Source: Eledone cirrhosa
Taxonomy: Eukaryota
Direction: 5' to 3'
Assembly (NCBI GenBank): GCA_964016885.1
Contig: OZ024747.1
Coordinates: 61,504,001-61,568,000 of the forward strand
DNA: 64,000 nucleotides
A program made the translations under genes and the position numbers. How positions within the stretch are numbered: the stretch's first letter is position 1; each line of letters begins with the position of its first letter. The notes below the pieces were generated by a model. That model was not told the origin of the DNA. It made no database searches and saw nothing but the letters and a program-made list of their open reading frames with translations. Below are positions 51,291 to 64,000 of the stretch, in pieces.

Positions 51291-51834
51291 ACACATAGAA
51301 TACCATTAAATATACACATAACTAAATTGTTAACCATTCAATATAGCAAGATACATTGCTAGCTCTGACATCTACATTGCTGTTTATGAAATTAGAATAT
51401 AACTGTATTACATATCTTGAAAGATATGCATATATATTGTTATATTGCTATCTATAATAAAATTTACAACCAGTTGTATTTCTTTCCATAAGGGCTTAGA
51501 AAGATATAAATGTCTAAAGCACTTCCTCAACAGTAGTGATGTGAGCTACTGGCCTGCACAGTGGTGCTATAAATATTTGCTGGCTGAAATTTATTGATTT
51601 GTAAATTTCAAGTATCACAGATTAGCAGATCAATAAAGAGAATTTGTAAAACAGCGAAAATAGAAATTTATTCCTGAGAGGATTTATTTACTTTGCTTCT
51701 TGGCATAAACTCCCCAAAATAGCAACAGCTCAGCTCTAACTAAGGAAATTATCCACCAAATATCCCTAAATCACAAAATATTTAAAATACTAATATTTTA
51801 GCAAGATGTGAGAATAAAAAAAAATATATATAAC

Positions 51835-52305
51835 AATGGTTTCTATATTTAGCCCAAGGCCAGCAATTTGAAGAGAAGTGGAAAGTCGATTAACCCTTTA
51901 GCAATTACATACTAGCATGGAAGATAGACGTTAAATGATGATGATGATGATTACTCTATATATATTATTGTATTTTCATGGTAAAGGCTTTATCTTACAT
52001 AATATCAAATCTATGAGATTTTGATATTATTTATTTGAGAACAATAATACCTTAACATAAGTATGAGTGGCTGGTTACTGCCAGTTTGAACAGAAAGAGG
52101 TGAGATAATCTGGCCAGATATGGCTGGTTTAAAAGCTAAAGGGTTAAATTGACCCCGGGACATTACTGGTGCTTTATTATCAACCCCATAAGGGTGAAAG
52201 GCAAAGTTAACCTTGGTGGGATTTGAACTCAGAACATACAGGGACATAACTCTGTGCTGCACAACATGTTGTCTAACACTCAACCAACACTGCCAATCCA
52301 CCACC
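51835..52305 (-). mobile_element. SINE interrupted by a piggyBac MITE (51894-52143) that itself carries an RTE tail
   Basis: TTAA duplication at the SINE site gaaagtcga-ttaa-attgacccc; inner tagcatggaagatagacgttaaa(tga)n flanked by attact. Confidence 0.85.
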
Positions 52306-52383
52306 CAATAATAATAATGGTTTCTGATTTAGGCACAAGGCCAGCAATTTGAAGAGAAGGGGAAAGTGAATTAAATCGACCCC

Positions 52384-55300
52384 AGAGACAACAAGTGGAC
52401 TATTAGAGTGACAGAGGACACCTGGGCTGACCATGACTCTCACCCCTGAGACAACAGGGAGGGTGACTATTAGAGTGACAGAGTGGACACCTGGGCTGAC
52501 CATGACTCTCATCTCTGAGACAACAGGGAGGGTGACTATTAGAGTGAGAGTGGACACCTGGGCTGACCATGACTCTCATCTCTGAGACAACAGGGAGGGT
52601 GACTATTAGAGTGACAGAGTGGACACTTGGGCTGACCATGACTCTCACCCCTGAGACAACAGGGAGGGTGACTATTAGAGTGACAGTGGACACCTGGGCT
52701 GACCATGACTCTCATCCCTGAGACAACAGGGAGGGTGACTATTAGAGTGACAGTGGACACCTGGGCTGACCATGACTCTCATCCCTGAGACAACAGGGAG
52801 GGTGACTATTAGAGTGACAGTGGACACCTGGGCTGACCATGACTCTCATCCCTGAGACAACAGGGAGGGTGACTATTAGAGTGACAGTGGACACCTGGGC
52901 TGACCATGACTCTCATCCCTGACACAACAGGGAGGGTGACTATTAGAGTGACAGTGGACACCTGGGCTGACCATGACTCTCATCCCTGAGACAACAGGGA
53001 GGGTGACTATTAGAGTGACAGTGGACACCTGGGCTGACCATGACTCTCATCCCTGACACAACAGGGAGGGTGACTATTAGAGTGACAGTGGACACCTGGG
53101 CTGACCATGACTCTCATCCCTGAGACAACAGGGAGGGTGACTATTAGAGTGACAGTGGACACCTGGGCTGACCATGACTCTCATCCCTGAGACAACAGGG
53201 AGGGTGACTATTAGAGTGACAGTGGACACCTGGGCTGACCATGACTCTCATCCCTGAGACAACAGGGAGGGTGACTATTAGAGTGACAGTGGACACCTGG
53301 GCTGACCATGACTCTCATCCCTGAGACAACAGGGAGGGTGACTATTAGAGTGACAGTGGACACCTGGGCTGACCATGACTCTCATCCCTGAGACAACAGG
53401 GAGGGTGACTATTAGAGTGACAGTGGACACCTGGGCTGACCACGACTCTCACCCCTGAGACAACAGGGAGGGTGACTATTAGAGTGACAGAGGACACCTG
53501 GGCTGACCATGACTCTCATCCCTGAGACAACAGGGAGGGTGACTATTAGAGTGACAGTGGACACCTGGGCTGACCATGACTCTCATCCCTGAGACAACAG
53601 GGAGGGTGACTATTAGAGTGACAGAGGACACCTGGGCTGACCACGACTCTCACCCCTGAGACAACAGGGAGGGTGACTATTAGAGTGACAGAGGACACCT
53701 GGGCTGACCACGACTCTCACCCCTGAGACAACAGGGAGGGTGACTATTAGAGTGACAGAGGACACCTGGGCTGACCATGACTCTCACCCCTGAGACAACA
53801 GGGAGGGTGACTATTAGAGTGACAGTGGACACCTGGGCTGACCATGACTCTCATCCCTGACACAACAGGGAGGGTGACTATTAGAGTGACAGTGGACACC
53901 TGGGCTGACCATGACTCTCACCCCTGAGACAACAGGGAGGGTGACTATTAGAGTGACAGAGGACACCTGGGCTGACCACGACTCTCACCCCTGAGACAAC
54001 AGGGAGGGTGACTATTAGAGTGACAGAGGACACCTGGGCTGACCACGACTCTCACCCCTGAGACAACAGGGAGGGTGACTATTAGAGTGACAGAGGACAC
54101 CTGGGCTGACCATGACTCTCACCCCTGAGACAACAGGGAGGGTGACTATTAGAGTGACAGTGGACACCTGGGCTGACCATGACTCTCATCCCTGACACAA
54201 CAGGGAGGGTGACTATTAGAGTGACAGTGGACACCTGGGCTGACCATGACTCTCACCCCTGAGACAACAGGGAGGGTGACTATTAGAGTGACAGAGTGGA
54301 CACTTGGGCTGACCATGACTCTCATCCCTGAGACAACAGGGAGGGTGACTATTAGAGTGACAGAGTGGACACTTGGGCTGACCATGACTCTCATCCCTGA
54401 GACAACAGGGAGGGTGACTATTAGAGTGACAGTGGACACCTGGGCTGACCACGACTCTCACCCCTGAGACAACAGGGAGGGTGACTATTAGAGTGACAGA
54501 GGACACCTGGGCTGACCATGACTCTCATCCCTGAGACAACAGGGAGGGTGACTATTAGAGTGACAGAGTGGACACTTGGGCTGACCATGACTCTCATCCC
54601 TGAGACAACAGGGAGGGTGACTATTAGAGTGACAGAGGACACCTGGGCTGACCACGACTCTCACCCCTGAGACAACAGGGAGGGTGACTATTAGAGTGAC
54701 AGAGGACACCTGGGCTGACCATGACTCTCATCCCTGAGACAACAGGGAGGGTGACTATTAGAGTGACAGAGTGGACACTTGGGCTGACCATGACTCTCAT
54801 CCCTGAGACAACAGGGAGGGTGACTATTAGAGTGACAGTGGACACCTGGGCTGACCACGACTCTCACCCCTGAGACAACAGGGAGGGTGACTATTAGAGT
54901 GACAGAGTGGACACTTGGGCTGACCATGACTCTCATCCCTGAGACAACAGGGAGGGTGACTATTAGAGTGACAGTGGACACCTGGGCTGACCATGACTCT
55001 CATCCCTGAGACAACAGGGAGGGTGACTATTAGAGTGACAGTGGACACCTGGGCTGACCACGACTCTCACCCCTGAGACAACAGGGAGGGTGACTATTAG
55101 AGTGACAGAGTGGACACTTGGGCTGACCATGACTCTCACCCCTGAGACAACAGGGAGGGTGACTATTAGAGTGACAGTGGACACCTGGGCTGACCATGAC
55201 TCTCATCCCTGAGACAACAGGGAGGGTGACTATTAGAGTGACAGTGGACACCTGGGCTGACCATGACTCTCATCCCTGACACAACAGGGAGGGTGACTAT

Positions 55301-58300
55301 TAGAGTGACAGTGGACACCTGGGCTGACCATGACTCTCATCCCTGACACAACAGGGAGGGTGACTATTAGAGTGACAGTGGACACCTGGGCTGACCATGA
55401 CTCTCACCCCTGAGACAACAGGGAGGGTGACTATTAGAGTGACAGAGGACACCTGGGCTGACCATGACTCTCATCCCTGACACAACAGGGAGGGTGACTA
55501 TTATAGTGACAGTGGACACCTGGGCTGACCATGACTCTCATCCCTGACACAACAGGGAGGGTGACTATTAGAGTGACAGAGGACACCTGGGCTGACCATG
55601 ACTCTCACCCCTGAGACAACAGGGAGGGTGACTATTAGAGTGACAGAGGACACCTGGGCTGACCATGACTCTCATCCCTGACACAACAGGGAGGGTGACT
55701 ATTATAGTGACAGTGGACACCTGGGCTGACCATGACTCTCATCCCTGACACAACAGGGAGGGTGACTATTAGAGTGACAGAGGACACCTGGGCTGACCAT
55801 GACTCTCATCCCTGACACAACAGGGAGGGTGACTATTATAGTGACAGAGGACACCTGGGCTGACCATGACTCTCATCCCTGACACAACAGGGAGGGTGAC
55901 TATTAGAGTGACAGAGGACACCTGGGCTGACCATGACTCTCATCCCTGACACAACAGGGAGGGTGACTATTAGAGTGACAGAGGACACCTGGGCTGACCA
56001 TGACTCTCATCCCTGAGACAACAGGGAGGGTGACTATTAGAGTGACAGAGGACACCTGGGCTGACCATGACTCTCACCCCTGAGACAACAGGGAGGGTGA
56101 CTATTAGAGTGACAGAGGACACCTGGGCTGACCATGACTCTCATCCCTGACACAACAGGGAGGGTGACTATTAGAGTGACAGAGGACACCTGGGCTGACC
56201 ATGACTCTCATCCCTGACACAACAGGGAGGGTGACTATTAGAGTGACAGAGGACACCTGGGCTGACCATGACTCTCATCCCTGAGACAACAGGGAGGGTG
56301 ACTATTAGAGTGACAGAGGACACCTGGGCTGACCACGACTCTCACCCCTGAGACAACAGGGAGGGTGACTATTAGAGTGACAGTGGACACCTGGGCTGAC
56401 CATGACTCTCACCCCTGAGACAACAGGGAGGGTGACTATTAGAGTGACAGAGGACACCTGGGCTGACCATGACTCTCATCCCTGAGACAACAGGGAGGGT
56501 GACTATTAGAGTGACAGAGGACACCTGGGCTGACCACGACTCTCACCCCTGAGACAACAGGGAGGGTGACTATTAGAGTGACAGTGGACACCTGGGCTGA
56601 CCATGACTCTCATCCCTGAGACAACAGGGAGGGTGACTATTAGAGTGACAGAGGACACCTGGGCTGACCATGACTCTCATCCCTGAGACAACAGGGAGGG
56701 TGACTATTAGAGTGACAGTGGACACCTGGGCTGACCATGACTCTCATCCCTGAGACAACAGGGAGGGTGACTATTAGAGTGACAGTGGACACCTGGGCTG
56801 ACCACGACTCTCATCCCTGAGACAACAGGGAGGGTGACTATTAGAGTGACAGAGGACACCTGGGCTGACCATGACTCTCATCCCTGAGACAACAGGGAGG
56901 GTGACTATTAGAGTGACAGTGGACACCTGGGCTGACCACGACTCTCATCCCTGAGACAACAGGGAGGGTGACTATTAGAGTGACAGAGGACACCTGGGCT
57001 GACCATGACTCTCATCCCTGAGACAACAGGGAGGGTGACTATTAGAGTGACAGTGGACACCTGGGCTGACCACGACTCTCATCCCTGAGACAACAGGGAG
57101 GGTGACTATTAGAGTGACAGTGGACACCTGGGCTGACCATGACTCTCATCCCTGAGACAACAGGGAGGGTGACTATTAGAGTGACAGAGGACACCTGGGC
57201 TGACCATGACTCTCATCCCTGAGACAACAGGGAGGGTGACTATTAGAGTGACAGAGGACACCTGGGCTGACCACGACTCTCACCCCTGAGACAACAGGGA
57301 GGGTGACTATTAGAGTGACAGTGGACACCTGGGCTGACCATGACTCTCATCCCTGAGACAACAGGGAGGGTGACTATTAGAGTGACAGAGGACACCTGGG
57401 CTGACCATGACTCTCATCCCTGAGACAACAGGGAGGGTGACTATTAGAGTGACAGTGGACACCTGGGCTGACCATGACTCTCATCCCTGAGACAACAGGG
57501 AGGGTGACTATTAGAGTGACAGTGGACACCTGGGCTGACCACGACTCTCATCCCTGAGACAACAGGGAGGGTGACTATTAGAGTGACAGAGGACACCTGG
57601 GCTGACCATGACTCTCATCCCTGAGACAACAGGGAGGGTGACTATTAGAGTGACAGTGGACACCTGGGCTGACCACGACTCTCATCCCTGAGACAACAGG
57701 GAGGGTGACTATTAGAGTGACAGAGGACACCTGGGCTGACCATGACTCTCATCCCTGAGACAACAGGGAGGGTGACTATTAGAGTGACAGTGGACACCTG
57801 GGCTGACCACGACTCTCATCCCTGAGACAACAGGGAGGGTGACTATTAGAGTGACAGTGGACACCTGGGCTGACCATGACTCTCATCCCTGAGACAACAG
57901 GGAGGGTGACTATTAGAGTGACAGTGGACACCTGGGCTGACCACGACTCTCATCCCTGAGACAACAGGGAGGGGGACTATTAGAGTGACAGTGGACACCT
58001 GGGCTGACCATGACTCTCACCCCTGAGACAACAGGGAGGGTGACTATTAGAGTGACAGAGGACACCTGGGCTGACCATGACTCTCATCCCTGAGACAACA
58101 GGGAGGGTGACTATTAGAGTGACAGTGGACACCTGGGCTGACCATGACTCTCATCCCTGACACAACAGGGAGGGTGACTATTAGAGTGACAGTGGACACC
58201 TGGGCTGACCACGACTCTCATCCCTGAGACAACAGGGAGGGTGACTATTAGAGTGACAGTGGACACCTGGGCTGACCATGACTCTCATCCCTGACACAAC

Positions 58301-60148
58301 AGGGAGGGTGACTATTAGAGTGACAGTGGACACCTGGGCTGACCACGACTCTCATCCCTGAGACAACAGGGAGGGGGACTATTAGAGTGACAGTGGACAC
58401 CTGGGCTGACCATGACTCTCATCCCTGACACAACAGGGAGGGTGACTATTAGAGTGACAGTGGACACCTGGGCTGACCATGACTCTCATCCCTGAGACAA
58501 CAGGGAGGGTGACTATTAGAGTGACAGTGGACACCTGGGCTGACCACGACTCTCATCCCTGAGACAACAGGGAGGGTGACTATTAGAGTGACAGAGGACA
58601 CCTGGGCTGACCATGACTCTCATCCCTGACACAACAGGGAGGGTGACTATTAGAGTGACAGTGGACACCTGGGCTGACCATGACTCTCATCCCTGACACA
58701 ACAGGGAGGGTGACTATTAGAGTGACAGTGGACACCTGGGCTGACCATGACTCTCATCCCTGAGACAACAGGGAGGGTGACTATTAGAGTGACAGTGGAC
58801 ACCTGGGCTGACCACGACTCTCATCCCTGAGACAACAGGGAGGGTGACTATTAGAGTGACAGAGGACACCTGGGCTGACCATGACTCTCATCCCTGACAC
58901 AACAGGGAGGGTGACTATTAGAGTGACAGTGGACACCTGGGCTGACCATGACTCTCATCCCTGACACAACAGGGAGGGTGACTATTAGAGTGACAGTGGA
59001 CACCTGGGCTGACCATGACTCTCATCCCTGAGACAACAGGGAGGGTGACTATTAGAGTGACAGTGGACACCTGGGCTGACCACGACTCTCATCCCTGAGA
59101 CAACAGGGAGGGTGACTATTAGAGTGACAGAGGACACCTGGGCTGACCATGACTCTCATCCCTGACACAACAGGGAGGGTGACTATTAGAGTGACAGTGG
59201 ACACCTGGGCTGACCATGACTCTCATCCCTGACACAACAGGGAGGGTGACTATTAGAGTGACAGTGGACACCTGGGCTGACCATGACTCTCATCCCTGAG
59301 ACAACAGGGAGGGTGACTATTAGAGTGACAGTGGACACCTGGGCTGACCACGACTCTCATCCCTGAGACAACAGGGAGGGTGACTATTAGAGTGACAGAG
59401 GACACCTGGGCTGACCATGACTCTCATCCCTGACACAACAGGGAGGGTGACTATTAGAGTGACAGTGGACACCTGGGCTGACCATGACTCTCATCCCTGA
59501 CACAACAGGGAGGGTGACTATTAGAGTGACAGTGGACACCTGGGCTGACCATGACTCTCATCCCTGAGACAACAGGGAGGGTGACTATTAGAGTGACAGT
59601 GGACACCTGGGCTGACCACGACTCTCATCCCTGAGACAACAGGGAGGGTGACTATTAGAGTGACAGAGGACACCTGGGCTGACCATGACTCTCATCCCTG
59701 ACACAACAGGGAGGGTGACTATTAGAGTGACAGAGGACACCTGGGCTGACCATGACTCTCATCCCTGACACAACAGGGAGGGTGACTATTAGAGTGACAG
59801 TGGACACCTGGGCTGACCATGACTCTCATCCCTGAGACAACAGGGAGGGGGACTATTAGAGTGACAGTGGACACCTGGGCTGACCACGACTCTCATCCCT
59901 GAGACAACAGGGAGGGTGACTATTAGAGTGACAGTGGACACCTGGGCTGACCATGACTCTCATCCCTGAGACAACAGGGAGGGTGACTATTAGAGTGACA
60001 GAGGACACCTGGGCTGACCATGACTCTCATCCCTGAGACAACAGGGAGGGGGACTATTAGAGTGACAGTGGACACCTGGGCTGACCACGACTCTCACCCC
60101 AGAGACAACAGGGAGGGTGACTATTAGAGTGACAGTGGACACCTGGGC
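52384..60148. repeat. 67-bp (some 69-bp) GC-rich minisatellite, ~115 copies, ~7.8 kb
   Basis: Unit gacacctgggctgaccatgactctcatccctgagacaacagggagggtgactattagagtgacagtg. Confidence 0.98.
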
Positions 60149-60299
60149 AGTGGAGAAGAACTAGAAGGTGGCCAAAGGCCAGATGGTGCACTGATCTAAC
60201 CTGATATCTCAGCCCCACATGGTCCAGTATGGCCATAGATAGGATGTGGTGGGGGTTCCTCCCACAGGAGTGAGAAAGCCCTGGATTTGGATTCCAATT

Positions 60300-60700
60300 T
60301 GGAAAAAGTTTATTTCACTGGTGCTCCTTCTCTTAACTGTCTCTGTGTATCTGTCACATGCAAAGTCTACCTTCTTTATTAACCTGCCTACAATCCCACA
60401 ACACCTCTTGCACACCAATTCTATTCCATTCCATTCCATATGGCATATATTGAGTACATCATATGGAGTTCCTTCCTACTCCTTTTCAGAACCTAATCCC
60501 TGATGACAATAGGCTCTTCTTTTTCTTATAAAACCTTAGTCTTTGCTCAATTTACTTTGAGTCTTTTTAATTATAGATTTTATTTCCATGTCTGGGATAT
60601 TTTCTCTAGAACTTCCATAGATTCAACTGTAATAACTGTCATTAGGGGACAAAGGTTCCCACGTACAACTTGTCTGAACTCTTCACATTCCATACTATGT
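60300..60700 (-). pseudogene. Old RTE reverse transcriptase fragment
   Basis: Minus strand LKVN*AKTKV...GVGRNSI*CT...KRCCGIVGRLIKKVDFACDR, overlapping the Cys-rich segment that starts the RTE at 22310. Confidence 0.65.
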
Positions 60701-61371
60701 GAAACTGGATTAGCAAGACATTCTTGAAAAACATACAAAATAGCACGATGACTGCATCTCATCAAATATTTAAAATCTATATTTTAGTTACCTGAAAATT
60801 TTCACAACAATACAGGTAGTATAAACATTTGAATTAACAAACTCATTTTTAGATATTTTCTGATAAACCATTACAGGATGTTAAGACTTAAACTCCTCTT
60901 TAATAGCCTGCTAAGAAATATGATAAACAGGAGCTGGCTGGGGACGGAGTCTTGGTACATACCTATCTGCACACTAAATTCTAAGCTGAACTAACTCATT
61001 ACCAATTCTTACTTTACTGACAGCATCTCTGTACATGTCTTGCACCATTCTCCCAAACCATTCATCTATTAACAAAAATAAATGTCCACACTTATAGAAA
61101 CCATTTATTATGTAGAAAGCAATACATCAAACAAATGTATACAGCCATAGAAAATTAAATTAGCAACAACAAAAAAATTGTAATTTACAAATTAGCAATA
61201 AATAGCGCAAAATAGATGCAGGATTGTCATAACTGATAAATCACTTGTGTTTCAACAAGTGAACATAGAATGTAAATTAGATAGAATTTAAATTATAAAT
61301 TCAGCTCAACACTGATCATTCTTTGATCACTTAATACCTATTCCTGGCACCTAGGCAAGCTGAAGTAATGA

Positions 61372-61830
61372 TCATCATCATCATCATTATCATTTAACAT
61401 CTATTTTCCATGCTTGCATGGGTTAGATAGGCTGTCACATATTGAGGATAGTCTGAGCATAGGATTAATGTCTTGCACATATGCTTTGAATATGGCTTGG
61501 TTTCTAAGGCTGGGTGCCCTTCCTAATGTCAACCAATTTACAGGATTTACTGGGTGCTTTTTATTGTGCCCCTAACATCACCACCTTACAGGATGAATTG
61601 GGTGCTTTTTGTTGGGGCACAAGCATGACCATTTTACAGGGTGAATTGGGTGTTTTTTCTAGTAGCACCAACATGACCACTTTACAAGGTGAATTGGGTG
61701 CTTTTTGCCTTGGCACCAGTATGACCACCTTATGGTGTGGACAGTGCTTTTAGTCATGACACCAGCATGACTACCTTACAGGGTGGAATAGGTGCTTTTT
61801 TTTTGTAGCATCAGCATGACCACCTTACAT
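61372..61830 (-). mobile_element. RTE-type 3' tail with ~6 tandem ~48 bp internal repeats
   Basis: (cat)n, catgcttgcatgggttaga, gcccttcctaa, repeated catgaccac(c/t)ttacagggtgaattgggtgctttt. Confidence 0.75.
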
Positions 61831-62147
61831 GGTTGTGTGTTTCGTCAGAATGTAAAGAGCCAGAATAAATACTGCAATCCCATTTTATTTGATACCTTAC
61901 CAATTCTGACAAACCTCTAGCCTAATATTAAGAAAATATTTTGTTAATAAAACATTAACAAAATATTTGTGTCGTTTCAGTAGGGGACAAGAAGACACAA
62001 TAAAATGAAAAGTGGTTACAAGTTATTCCACCTGTCTGTTAATGACAGGTGGTAACATCTATGATTATCACTCATAATCATAGTATGTATCAAGGTTTTA
62101 TCATTATCATCATAATTTAACATTTGTTTTTCCATGCTCATATGGGT

Positions 62148-62445
62148 TGACGTGTGGCTTTGTTGTTAAGGTATTCGGCTCACAACCATAAGGTCGTGAG
62201 TTCGATTCCCGGCAGTGACACTTTATTTCACATTGCTTCATTTCACTCAGCTGGAAAAAAATGAGTTGTGCCTGTAATTCGAAGGGCAAGCCTTATCACA
62301 TTGTGTCATACTGAATCTCCCTGAGAACTATATTAAGGGTATGCGGGTCTGTGGAATACTCAGCCACTTGCATGTTAATTTCATCAGAAGGCTGTTCCGT
62401 TGATTGGATCAATTGGAACACTCATCATCCGATGGAGTGCCTTCA
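62148..62445 (+). mobile_element. tRNA-derived CORE-type SINE, family C
   Basis: gtggc...gagttcgattccc head, acactttatttcacattgc CORE remnant, body ctgaatctccctgagaacta. Confidence 0.8.
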
Positions 62446-62571
62446 ATAAAGTGGATGGACGAATCATCACATACCAAATCAGTAGTCTGGAGTTATTGTA
62501 TTGTCATCAACAGGCGCAGGGACGACATCTCATATCCGGTTTTAGCATAGATGCCCTTCCTATCACCAAAT

Positions 62572-63582
62572 ACTACCTTGTATATTATATATAAACAGTA
62601 ACATCACAACTACCTTGTATATTATATATAAACAGTAACATCACAACTACCTTGTATATTATATATAAACAGTAACATCACAACTACCTTGTATATTATA
62701 TATAAACAGTAACATCACAACTACCTTGTATATTATATATAAACAGTAACATCACAACTACCTTGTATATTATATATAAACAGTAACATCACAATTACCT
62801 TGTATATTATATGTAAACAGTAACATCACAACTACCTTGTATATTATATATAAACAGTAACATCACAACTACCTTGTATATTATATATAAACAGTAATAT
62901 CACAACTACCTTGTATATTATATATAAACAGTAACATCACAACTACCTTGTATATTATATATAAACAGTAACATCACAACTACCTTGTATATTATATATA
63001 AACAGTAACATCACAACTACCTTGTATATTATATATAAACAGTAACATCACAATTACCTTGTATATTATATGTAAACAGTAACATCACAACTACCTTGTA
63101 TATTATATATAAACAGTAACATCACAACTACCTTGTATATTATATATAAACAGTAACATCACAACTACCTTGTATATTATATATAAACAGTAACATCACA
63201 ACTACCTTGTATATTATATATAAACAGTAACATCACAACTACCTTGTATATTATATATAAACAGTAACATCACAACTACCTTGTATATTATGTATAAACA
63301 GTAACATCACAATTACCTTGTATATTATATGTAAACAGTAACATCACAACTACCTTGTATATTATGTATAAACAGTAACATCACAATTACCTTGTATATT
63401 ATATGTAAACAGTAACATCACAACTACCTTGTATATTATATATAAACAGTAACATCACAACTACCTTGTATATTATATATAAACAGTAACATCACAACTA
63501 GCTTATAAACAGTAACATCACAACTACCTTGTATATTATATATAAACAGTAATATCACAACTACCTTGTATATTATATATAA
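62572..63582. repeat. 37-bp AT-rich minisatellite, ~27 copies
   Basis: Unit actaccttgtatattatatataaacagtaacatcaca. Confidence 0.97.
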
Positions 63583-64000
63583 ATTGTGGCATCACATTTC
63601 ACCTCCTAATCAACAACAATGAATAAACAGTAACAAGGAATGAAGAATGGGTGGGTGGATGTGTGTGTGGGAGGAGGTGGGGGTGGGAAGGTGTGTATGG
63701 AGGGGGGGGGGGGGGTGTAGAAAGGAGGATGGGAATGTGAAGAGGTGGAAGGGAAGGGAGTGGAGAGGTGGGGTAGAGATGTGGAATGGAATGAAGAAGG
63801 GATATAGGGAGGTGAGGTGTGGAGAGGTGGTGTGCAGGGTGGCATGGAGAGAATAGGATTATCAAACGGTATAGACGTGTGGGGGGGGGAGTAGTTGGGT
63901 GAGGTAGGAGAGGTGGGAGAAATAGCAAAAGTAGAAGAGAAGTGGAAAAAAAAATCAGTGAGAGGGGGGGGGGGGGGAGTAATGTGGTAGTGAAATAAAT

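Noticed and set aside
52384-60148. CRISPR-like array or tandem ribozyme satellite
   Set aside because: Units are contiguous with no unique spacers, no cas genes, eukaryotic context, and no GAAA/CUGANGA core in the unit
60694-60735. Possible next AGBL4 exon (YVKL...AR-like text on +)
   Set aside because: In-frame stop, no acceptor or U12 branch site; adjacent sequence is better explained as a minus-strand RTE remnant

Overview
Repeat-saturated, AT-rich animal genomic DNA. The SINE and microsatellite repertoire looks like an octopus/coleoid cephalopod (inference). Nearly all ORF-track entries are translated microsatellites. One real host exon is visible at 49481-49593 (+): it encodes TLGSCLDEQALCYTLEVSFFSYMNLSTGTAQPYTEQG, resembles cytosolic carboxypeptidase 6 (AGBL4/CCP6), and is followed by a U12-type donor (GTATCCTTT). 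The rest is probably intronic. It holds tRNA-derived SINEs, RTE and CR1 LINE remnants, a decayed DD37D (maT) transposon, a decayed piggyBac with a family of TTAA MITEs, and several minisatellites, including a ~7.8 kb array of 67-bp units. The most striking unannotated signal is a dense set of minimal type-I hammerhead ribozyme motifs: about 14 recognisable copies (some decayed) plus further degenerate ones, from at least 6 unrelated sequence families. They lie in short non-coding elements mostly embedded in (TA)n tracts. Five loci are inverted duplications carrying two hammerheads, always in the same divergent orientation, which suggests Penelope-like pLTR/retrozyme-type non-autonomous retroelements. 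All calls were made by eye; no searches were run.
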